Of a stretch of 64,000 bases of DNA, positions 57,011 to 64,000 are shown one piece after another. The DNA lies in sequence record CP053388.1. The stretch is one strand, 5' to 3'. This DNA comes from Escherichia phage CMS-2020a. The stretch's first letter is position 1; each line of letters starts with the position of its first letter. Both the position numbers and the translations under genes were made by a program. The notes under the pieces were generated by a model that worked only from the letters and a program-made list of their open reading frames with translations, searched no databases and was not told the DNA's origin.

Positions 57011-57898
57011 TTACTTAAGTCCAATTTTCCCCAGACCGGAGGCCAACTTATCCATAGTCGACTTGTTCTTCGGTTGGGATATTGTGTAGGTCGATTTGGA
57101 ATGTGAGCCTACACCCTGCTTGGCTTCGCTACGCATCAATGCGTCAGCTTCCGGATCTGCCCGCACAATGCGTTCAATCGCGGATTCAAACGGCAACGGC
57201 TTACCTTCACCGTCAACCAGAACAGCTCGTTCTTTATGACCTGCCGGTTTGTCATAACCCACTACGCTACCGTCTTCACCCACTTCAAAATGAGAACCGT
57301 AGATCACGCGGGCTTTTGCCGGGGTCATCAGAACTTTGTCACGTAGGAAGAGAGAGTTACTGAAGGAAGCGCCCACGGTCATCTCGACTAATTGAGATTT
57401 CAGTGATGCGTTTTCACTTTCCAGTGCTGTATAACGTTCGTCACGCTGTGCCAGCTCTGCCTGGTGTGCTTCGATCATCTGTTTTTTAACAGCATCGAAC
57501 TCACCACGACGCTCCAGTTCAGCTTGCTCCGCCTCACGACGTGCATTTTCTGCGGCCTGTTCAGCTTCTAAAAGCTGGCGAGCACGCGCCGGGTCGATAT
57601 CACCGTACTGAGCAAGCTGATCGGCCAATGTGCGCTCTTTCTCTTTGCGCTTCATGTTCTCCTTCAGCAGTTCAGCACCAGCTTTCTTGGTTTTACGAAG
57701 TTCGGCCAGTAACTCTTCCTGAGTCATGCCAGCGTATTCGTCATCGCCCTTCGGCTGCTCTTTTTGTTCACCCTGTTTGTCAGGATCTTGTGTGCTCTGC
57801 TCATTATCAGCAGCTACACCGCCAGCGCCTCCACGCTCATGCGCTTCAGCGACATCCATCAGACCACGACGGGCCAAAAGCATTTGCCACAGATTCAT
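57011..57898 (-). CDS. scaffolding protein candidate
   Basis: charged coiled-coil 295 aa between portal and capsid genes. Confidence 0.55.
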   Translation of the reverse strand: MNLWQMLLARRGLMDVAEAHERGGAGGVAADNEQSTQDPDKQGEQKEQPKGDDEYAGMTQEELLAELRKTKKAGAELLKENMKRKEKERTLADQLAQYGDIDPARARQLLEAEQAAENARREAEQAELERRGEFDAVKKQMIEAHQAELAQRDERYTALESENASLKSQLVEMTVGASFSNSLFLRDKVLMTPAKARVIYGSHFEVGEDGSVVGYDKPAGHKERAVLVDGEGKPLPFESAIERIVRADPEADALMRSEAKQGVGSHSKSTYTISQPKNKSTMDKLASGLGKIGLK

Positions 57899-57919
57899 AA
57901 AAATTCCTTTTGTTACTTA

Positions 57920-59494
57920 TCACTCGTTCTCTTGAGTAGATGAGTCCCCATTCCCTCGGGGTTGATCTTGCCCGCTTTCTTGGGCTGCACCACGATAATA
58001 AGTAAGTACTGACTTATTTTCAAGGGTATTTAGATCATTTTTTGGAGGAAAATTCAAGAGATCTTTATCAAATTCCTTTTTCATCGCCTCAGTAATGTTC
58101 GGGAAAATCTTCTCAATAAGCATTTCCATCTGGTGACGACGTACAGAGTCCGGTGCCTGAAGTAATGACAGTTTCTCGGCAACAGAAAATTCATCAGTAA
58201 GGCCACGAATATCGAAACTTTCTGGATACGCAATTAAAGAGTGGTCTTCGTCCAGATCTGCCCCCATCCATTTCGCAACCAGTAGCATGATTTGGCGTTC
58301 AGCCCTTTCCAGACGCTCTGCTTTTGTGACAAGCAAGCTATTTACACGCTGGAAGTCATACATTTTTGCGGCACCAGATGAATTATCGATTCCCTGTGCG
58401 TTGTCCTGCTTCGTTCGCTCACCAGCTACACCAACTGAATGGTAGATTTCGTTAATCACCGTCTTAATCGTAGTGATGATCATCTGAGCTTGTTTCGGGT
58501 CTGGTGACAGATAAAACGGCTGGTTTCCACCTTCAGAATCGTAGGTGAAGACTCGCTTTGTGCCCATTTCAAGCACTTTAGTGTGGTTTTCATCACCAGG
58601 TAAAAGCGACTGTACCGGTATAGCCAACTGGCTAAATGTCTGATCCTGAATAATGGCATCAAGGTTTGACAGATAGTTTGCAACCGCACGATCAAGATAA
58701 GCGATATCATCGATCAACGATGGGCTGAAATACGGTGATTCACTTTCTCCAATACAATCAACAGGAAACACAGGAACTACGCCGAGATTATGCTCACCGC
58801 TATCCTCTAAAATAACTTTTGCCTGACGGCGACCTGCTCCACCAGCGCCCTTCTTCACTTCCTCACGGAACAGATACCACTCGTTTTGTGTCCACAGACG
58901 ATAACGTTGGTATTCCTGACCTGTAGAAGTAAAAGGATCTGCGTCATCACGAGCGACTTCCACAATTAACGCCCACAACATATTCCCGTCGTCGTCCCAT
59001 GCCACATCCAGCATTTGCTGAGGTGAAATCCAGTAGGCGTAGGCGCGAGCATCTTTCTTTTTCTCGTCAGCTACTGACTCAACATCACCACTCATCGTGC
59101 TATCGACAACAACCCATATGCGACCGTAAATAGACGACTGCAAATCAATAGCGGCCATAAATGAGTCAATAGAGGCATTCTGGCGAGTCGCACGTTTCCA
59201 GAAATTGCGGATCTGCTCTGGTGCCTCTTCGATATTTCTATGAATGTCTTCTTTAAAGAGATATTTGTTGATGAGGTTTACCACCTCACGAGTGTGGTTG
59301 AAGCGATAAGCACGTTCAACTCGCTCCTTAAACTCCTGATCTCCCTCTTTAAAGTAACGAAAGATATTGTCTGTAAACCAACCACGCCCGCCAGCGTAAG
59401 TGCTGGCGAGGAAGTCCCAATGTTCTTTTTTCTTTTCGTATTCCGGGTGGCGTCGCGCCACCAGATCCTTAATTTGTTTGTCGTTCAATTCCAT
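57920..59494 (-). CDS. portal protein
   Basis: 524 aa directly after terminase large subunit. Confidence 0.7.
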   Translation of the reverse strand: MELNDKQIKDLVARRHPEYEKKKEHWDFLASTYAGGRGWFTDNIFRYFKEGDQEFKERVERAYRFNHTREVVNLINKYLFKEDIHRNIEEAPEQIRNFWKRATRQNASIDSFMAAIDLQSSIYGRIWVVVDSTMSGDVESVADEKKKDARAYAYWISPQQMLDVAWDDDGNMLWALIVEVARDDADPFTSTGQEYQRYRLWTQNEWYLFREEVKKGAGGAGRRQAKVILEDSGEHNLGVVPVFPVDCIGESESPYFSPSLIDDIAYLDRAVANYLSNLDAIIQDQTFSQLAIPVQSLLPGDENHTKVLEMGTKRVFTYDSEGGNQPFYLSPDPKQAQMIITTIKTVINEIYHSVGVAGERTKQDNAQGIDNSSGAAKMYDFQRVNSLLVTKAERLERAERQIMLLVAKWMGADLDEDHSLIAYPESFDIRGLTDEFSVAEKLSLLQAPDSVRRHQMEMLIEKIFPNITEAMKKEFDKDLLNFPPKNDLNTLENKSVLTYYRGAAQESGQDQPRGNGDSSTQENE

Positions 59495-59520
59495 TTGAAT
59501 AACCTTAGATAACTACTTAC

Positions 59521-60777
59521 CTATCGAGAACCACCAAGAATAACACGGTTTTTGACTGGATACCTACGATGTACTGGATAGCCCAATGCGTCTGCACTAT
59601 GCTCAATGCCACCTGTCTTATCCATATCTCGTGTTCCAGGCTTGTAGATGACTTTTTCCAGTGAATCAATCAAATGCTTGCACTTCGGATCGATATACAG
59701 CCGGATATCTCCAGATGCGGACATCAGCATTCGGTTAACAGCATTAACACGATCCGCAATTGGCGGGTGCTTTTTCGAATAATCGACACGTAAGAATCCC
59801 TTCTCTTTGAATATGTCTACGTCAGACTCCCCACGAGCATGTTGGCGATAAGCACCTGCCGGATCTGGAAATACCGTTACCTGTGATTTCCAGCGCCAGA
59901 AGCGTCTCTCAAGCTCATCACAAACTTCTGCCGTGTTAGAGGAAAAGAGCACCAATTCATCAATTGCCCATAGCTCACCATTTGGCTGAGGTTGCAAAAT
60001 TACTGAAGACATCGGGTCAATGTTGAAGTCCTGCCCTACCCATATAGGCAACCGAGGGTTGAACTGAAGCGGTTTTACATGCACGTTACGATCGAACGGG
60101 TAGTAAACGCGCCCGGACATGTTCTCAAAGCTGGCCAGGTACTCCTGAGCGAACGATTTGGGGTCCATATCGTTCTTAGCAGCTTCAATTTCCGCCGTAG
60201 GTACAAACGGAGAATCGGCAGTTACAAACTGCCAGCTCTTCCACTGTCCCTTTCTTTGCAGCTCTACGTTCTGGCCTATCGTCCACAGTTTGTGAAATTC
60301 CGAGAAGCCTTTTGGCGTACCAATGATCAGTGCACCGCCGCGTGTCGATGAAAGAGTAGGTCGTAACACCTTGTACCAGGTGTCAGCCTTCATATCCTGA
60401 AATTCATCAAGCACTACAAAATGCAACGCTACGCCGCGCAGAGTGTCAGGCTTATCAGCACCTTTGAGGGCGATCTCCGAACCGTTCTTCAACACGATTG
60501 TCATCGTGGTGTCGTTCTTTTTCCTAACCCACTTACGAGGCAGAACTTCCTGTAGATCGTCCCACAAAATCTGGCGAGCCATCTGGTAAGTAGGAGCGAC
60601 ATACCAGACCCTTTGCTTTTTTTCCTTTGCCGCCGCACGAATAATAGTGGAGATCGACAACCGGGATTTTCCCCAGCGTCGACCAGCACAAACAACTTTA
60701 AATCGATGCGGAGACTGGAAGACTTTCATCTGTCCAGAATGCAGTTGCACAAGACTGAGCGAGGACGGGATTGCCAT
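59521..60777 (-). CDS. terminase large subunit
   Basis: Walker A-like AGRRWGKS, Walker B VLDEFQD, acidic nuclease-type C-terminal region. Confidence 0.75.
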   Translation of the reverse strand: MAIPSSLSLVQLHSGQMKVFQSPHRFKVVCAGRRWGKSRLSISTIIRAAAKEKKQRVWYVAPTYQMARQILWDDLQEVLPRKWVRKKNDTTMTIVLKNGSEIALKGADKPDTLRGVALHFVVLDEFQDMKADTWYKVLRPTLSSTRGGALIIGTPKGFSEFHKLWTIGQNVELQRKGQWKSWQFVTADSPFVPTAEIEAAKNDMDPKSFAQEYLASFENMSGRVYYPFDRNVHVKPLQFNPRLPIWVGQDFNIDPMSSVILQPQPNGELWAIDELVLFSSNTAEVCDELERRFWRWKSQVTVFPDPAGAYRQHARGESDVDIFKEKGFLRVDYSKKHPPIADRVNAVNRMLMSASGDIRLYIDPKCKHLIDSLEKVIYKPGTRDMDKTGGIEHSADALGYPVHRRYPVKNRVILGGSR

Positions 60778-61409
60778 TATTCGTCCTCCCCTTCACTTCC
60801 ATCATCTGTCGCATCAAATTCGCTTAGAGCTTCTTCTTCCAACGTCTCAAGCAATTCGTCATCGATGATTTCAGGCTCGTCGTCTTCCTGACGTAATTTC
60901 GCCACCTGGGAAGGCGTAAGCTCACCAAATACCAGGTTCGGAATTTCTTCCTCGTCATTTTCCGCATGATCCATGCCCAATGCTTTGGACGAAACTTCAA
61001 AGCATTTTGCAAGGGTATTACTGGCTCTCTGTAAGCTCTTGAGAGAATCCTCAATCGCCCCTAAAGGCTTACCCTCACGTTTGGCCGTAGTGACTTCGAC
61101 CATCACCATCTGCCCCAACGCATACGCCCAGCCGTCATAACGTGTACGACGTTCTTCTATCTTTTCCGCACGGGCTTTAGCGCGAAGCTCTGCGTCAGAT
61201 TTAAGAGACTCACGAACCATCTTCCCAACAGAGTCCGCGCCTTTCTCTAATCCTCGCTTTTTGAAATGTCTGGAGAGTGTTTCACGACGAATGCCGTACT
61301 CTTCCTCCAGCTTTGAGAGTGTATATTCGCCTGACGTCCATTTGGCTTCAGCTTCGGCCCACTCCGCTGGTGTCAGGCGAGTTTTTACCTCGTCTTTTTC
61401 GACCGTCAT
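60777..61409 (-). CDS. terminase small subunit candidate
   Basis: 210 aa with HTH-like N-terminal region and acidic C-terminus; ATGA-coupled to large subunit. Confidence 0.55.
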   Translation of the reverse strand: MTVEKDEVKTRLTPAEWAEAEAKWTSGEYTLSKLEEEYGIRRETLSRHFKKRGLEKGADSVGKMVRESLKSDAELRAKARAEKIEERRTRYDGWAYALGQMVMVEVTTAKREGKPLGAIEDSLKSLQRASNTLAKCFEVSSKALGMDHAENDEEEIPNLVFGELTPSQVAKLRQEDDEPEIIDDELLETLEEEALSEFDATDDGSEGEDE

Positions 61410-61525
61410 AGATCCCTCTAAAACACACAGAGCGCGTCCATGCGCTCTAAAACAACTTGTTTACTGCATCTGCTAACCAACTTGTTTTCTGGGGTGTTTA
61501 ATTAGGTCTGGCATGTCTTACGAAG

Positions 61526-61580
61526 CCTGCTTCCGTATATATTTAATAAGTTACTTATTATTTATATATACAGAAGCAGG
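61526..61580. repeat. 55-bp near-perfect palindrome, copy 2 (identical to 28806..28860)
   Basis: exact 55-bp match read in sequence. Confidence 0.9.
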
Positions 61581-61604
61581 TCTTTAAATAAGCTCCCAGA
61601 CCGA

Positions 61605-61871
61605 TTACATCACCAGTAACTTCGCTTTGGCTCGACCTAAAGTAGTTAACCCAAGAGTTCGGCGGTGATAGCGATTGTCACTGCGTTGGCGCGTATGCCC
61701 TTTCTCCACCAGCCCCTTTTTTATCAGAGCGCGAATTGAGAACTGGATACTTTGCTTGGTTGTCTTGTACGGCAAAACTTCAAGCAATTCGTCCAGGTCA
61801 AGTAGATGACCTCGCTCATAACCGAGATTGAGCGTTTTGATGATGTCCTTTTGTTTATCGGTTAACGTCAT
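61605..61871 (-). CDS. small winged-helix/HTH protein (88 aa), candidate late regulator
   Basis: basic helix-rich ORF upstream of terminase regulatory region. Confidence 0.35.
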   Translation of the reverse strand: MTLTDKQKDIIKTLNLGYERGHLLDLDELLEVLPYKTTKQSIQFSIRALIKKGLVEKGHTRQRSDNRYHRRTLGLTTLGRAKAKLLVM

Positions 61872-61880
61872 GGCAAATCC

Positions 61881-62780
61881 TTATGCCGGTAAAGCAATTT
61901 CTAACGGTTTATCCAAAGGTTGTTTGTCGAATGCCAGCAGTGGCAGCGTGTCAGGCAGTCGACGACCAAAGTCAGGGTTTCGATACACACCATACAACGG
62001 AGACGTAAAGCTCAGGTTGTGAATGTCCTTGAGCAGCTTCACAATGCTGGCCTCGTCCACCAGACTGTCGGCAATGTCCTGAATCGTCGTGCCACGATTC
62101 CGCCCAGCTTTTGCCAGGGAACTGTTCTTGTGGTAGTCCGCCACCAGATCACGCAGTGCACGGCGACGACGAGACTCGCTCATAGCGAACAACTCTTTGA
62201 CGATCGCCTCGTTATCACCCGGGTCGGAGCGGAAATGGCGCTGGAACACACGCAGTGCACTTTCATAGCTCTTCGGTCGCTCAGGGCGGATGAACTTAAA
62301 CCCTGCTTTCATGGCGAAGGGATTGTATTTGCTCATCGATGACTGGATCTCAATGATTGGCCGGTCATGCATCCTGCTAACCAGGTTAATCATTCGATAA
62401 GAGACGCCTACGCCACGGTACTGAGTATCCACAACTGAGCGGCTGATCACCGCAAAGTTGTTATTCACGTACCGGCCCCAGTACTGGTTAGCCACGGTGG
62501 TATTGGTAGTTGGTTTCAACTTAGGAAACATGCGATGGCGAGGTGCCAGCAGAAGTTTCGGGTAAGCCATAACCACGACGCCCACCAGACGGTCATCCAG
62601 TTCGCAGCGATAGTATGTTGGCGCGAAAGGTTTGCCGTCTGTTTTGTAGTGAAGCGATTTAAGAGCGTGCCAGTCCTCTACAGTTCCCTTTGTGACAGTC
62701 ATTCGCTCCAGAAAGTCCAGATGACGCGGAAACTCTTCAGGGCGGTAGCGTTTGATGATGATATCTGCCATCTCGATCAC
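61881..62780 (-). CDS. GNAT-like acetyltransferase-fold protein with C-terminal extension
   Basis: motif-A-like QYRGVGVSYRM; 299 aa. Confidence 0.4.
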   Translation of the reverse strand: MIEMADIIIKRYRPEEFPRHLDFLERMTVTKGTVEDWHALKSLHYKTDGKPFAPTYYRCELDDRLVGVVVMAYPKLLLAPRHRMFPKLKPTTNTTVANQYWGRYVNNNFAVISRSVVDTQYRGVGVSYRMINLVSRMHDRPIIEIQSSMSKYNPFAMKAGFKFIRPERPKSYESALRVFQRHFRSDPGDNEAIVKELFAMSESRRRRALRDLVADYHKNSSLAKAGRNRGTTIQDIADSLVDEASIVKLLKDIHNLSFTSPLYGVYRNPDFGRRLPDTLPLLAFDKQPLDKPLEIALPA

Positions 62781-63031
62781 CTGCGCTCGATATTGGCATT
62801 GATGAAATCCAGGCGAAGAGACTCCATCGCCCCTACCATGACATACGGGCGCCCGCCGTTATGCCAGCAATCAAGAACACTGCCGTCGTTGTTGATCATC
62901 AACAGCGCCAGGCTCTGGCTTTTTCCTTCTCTGGCGTGCTGAAGTGCTTCTTCCAGCAGGCGGATGACTTCCACGTTGTTGTTATCAGTCTCTTTCGATG
63001 GCTTCAGCTCTACGATCTTCAAATCAGGCAT
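62777..63031 (-). CDS. hypothetical protein (84 aa)
   Basis: ORF overlapping neighbours on both sides. Confidence 0.4.
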   Translation of the reverse strand: MPDLKIVELKPSKETDNNNVEVIRLLEEALQHAREGKSQSLALLMINNDGSVLDCWHNGGRPYVMVGAMESLRLDFINANIERR

Positions 63032-63662
63032 ATTCCACCTTCACGCGTTCTTTGTAGTGCTTGGTGATCTGCATATCCGGGCGCAGCGCGTTCTTCAGGT
63101 CTTCGTGAGTCGTCGCCACCATTACCGTCGCACCAACCTTTCGAGCGGCACGCTGGAGGTTAGATGCCACAACCTGAGCGGTTACACGGTCGAGAACAGC
63201 GCCGAACTCGTCAGCAGCCCACACTTTAGCGCCTGACTCAATCAGTTTGGCAATCTTGAGACGATATTTCTGACCGTCTGACATTTCAGAAGGCTTGCGA
63301 ACAAACAGATATGCATCGTTCAGACCAGCCATAGATAACAACCCAAGCGCATCACTGGTAGTTTTGCCCAGTTGGTCAATGACGTTAACCTCATTATCGA
63401 AGGTAAAATCATCGATGGAGGCCACAGATAGCCCTTCATCCTTCATCTGGTGTTGCAGCTCGCGCAGCACAACGGATTTGCCGGAACCGGATTGGCCGGT
63501 AATGTACACCACATCGCCCTGCTTCACTTCCAGCTCCAGATTGTCGTAAAGCGTCCACTCTTTTTCGTCCAGGCCAAGCCCGAACGACTCAGCGATTTCC
63601 AACGTGCGCGTGGTTTTATTTACGCGTGTCTGAAACGATACGTTGATGATGTATTTGCTCAT
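63024..63662 (-). CDS. minimal ABC-type ATPase (nucleotide-binding domain only)
   Basis: Walker A GQSGSGKS, signature-like SDGQKYRL, Walker B VWAADEF, H-loop TTHE. Confidence 0.7.
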   Translation of the reverse strand: MSKYIINVSFQTRVNKTTRTLEIAESFGLGLDEKEWTLYDNLELEVKQGDVVYITGQSGSGKSVVLRELQHQMKDEGLSVASIDDFTFDNEVNVIDQLGKTTSDALGLLSMAGLNDAYLFVRKPSEMSDGQKYRLKIAKLIESGAKVWAADEFGAVLDRVTAQVVASNLQRAARKVGATVMVATTHEDLKNALRPDMQITKHYKERVKVEYA

Positions 63663-64000
63663 GCAGCCATCTCCCCGGAAGAGATCTTCTCCGCATATGC
63701 CACAAATGCGTCTACCCCGCTTTCTCCCGTCATTTCTTCCATGTGGGCAAGCAAATCACCAACAACAATGGCAGAGCCAGCAGGGAGCGTTTTAAAGCCC
63801 AATACGTCGACAACACGTACTTCTTCCGCTGCAACTTCACGACTGATCTCGGTGTGTTCATCCTTCTGTCGTTTAGTTTCTTCGCCAAGATCGATAACTA
63901 GCGAGTCGGTGTCCATTTCTTCTGTCATACTGCCAACGAGAACATTCAACTCACGCTCTTCAAAGCCGAAAACCTCGATATCGTCCAGAACAAGCGACTC
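63659..64000 (-). CDS. hypothetical acidic protein, 5' end beyond window
   Basis: ORF runs to the window edge; stop overlaps ABC ATPase start. Confidence 0.3.
   Translation of the reverse strand, partial: ESLVLDDIEVFGFEERELNVLVGSMTEEMDTDSLVIDLGEETKRQKDEHTEISREVAAEEVRVVDVLGFKTLPAGSAIVVGDLLAHMEEMTGESGVDAFVAYAEKISSGEMAA

Overview
This ~64 kb window reads as a temperate siphovirus-type genome with plasmid-style maintenance functions (a phage-plasmid); the gene content is reminiscent of SSU5/pHCM2-like elements, but that is from memory only. All protein calls rest on motifs read by eye in the supplied translations; no searches were run. Layout: (1) 1-1665, a + strand Rep-like gene followed by 12 iterons of 15 bp; (2) 1675-15900, a minus-strand early/replication operon (membrane and secreted proteins, SPFH lipoprotein, RecA-like recombinase, 5'-3' exonuclease, gp32-like SSB, DnaE-type polymerase, CobS/CobT-like AAA+/VWA pair); (3) 15900-19200, an XRE regulator divergent from the early operon, a tyrosine recombinase, a YafO-like toxin candidate and glutaredoxin; (4) 19353-21000, a strongly AT-rich + strand gene with an HEPN-type Rx4H motif, then four minus-strand tRNAs (Ser, Thr, Tyr, Asn) and a hairpin-rich noncoding stretch; (5) 21776-28698, small coupled membrane-protein genes, ATP-dependent DNA ligase, primase, DnaB-like helicase; (6) a GIY-YIG gene, ParA/RHH partition pair and a DUF1778/GNAT toxin-antitoxin pair; (7) 31969-33399 lysis genes; (8) 33462-61409, a lambda-like structural module (side fibre, J, I, K, L, M, tape measure, G/T, V-like, head proteins, portal, terminase); (9) 61605-64000, an HTH/GNAT-like/small ABC ATPase operon. 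The best candidates for something undescribed are the AT-rich HEPN-motif gene, the YafO-like toxin with an atypical partner, the ABC-ATPase/GNAT operon, and a dyad motif (TACTTATC half-sites) that recurs upstream of operons and is embedded in two identical 55-bp palindromes 32.7 kb apart.
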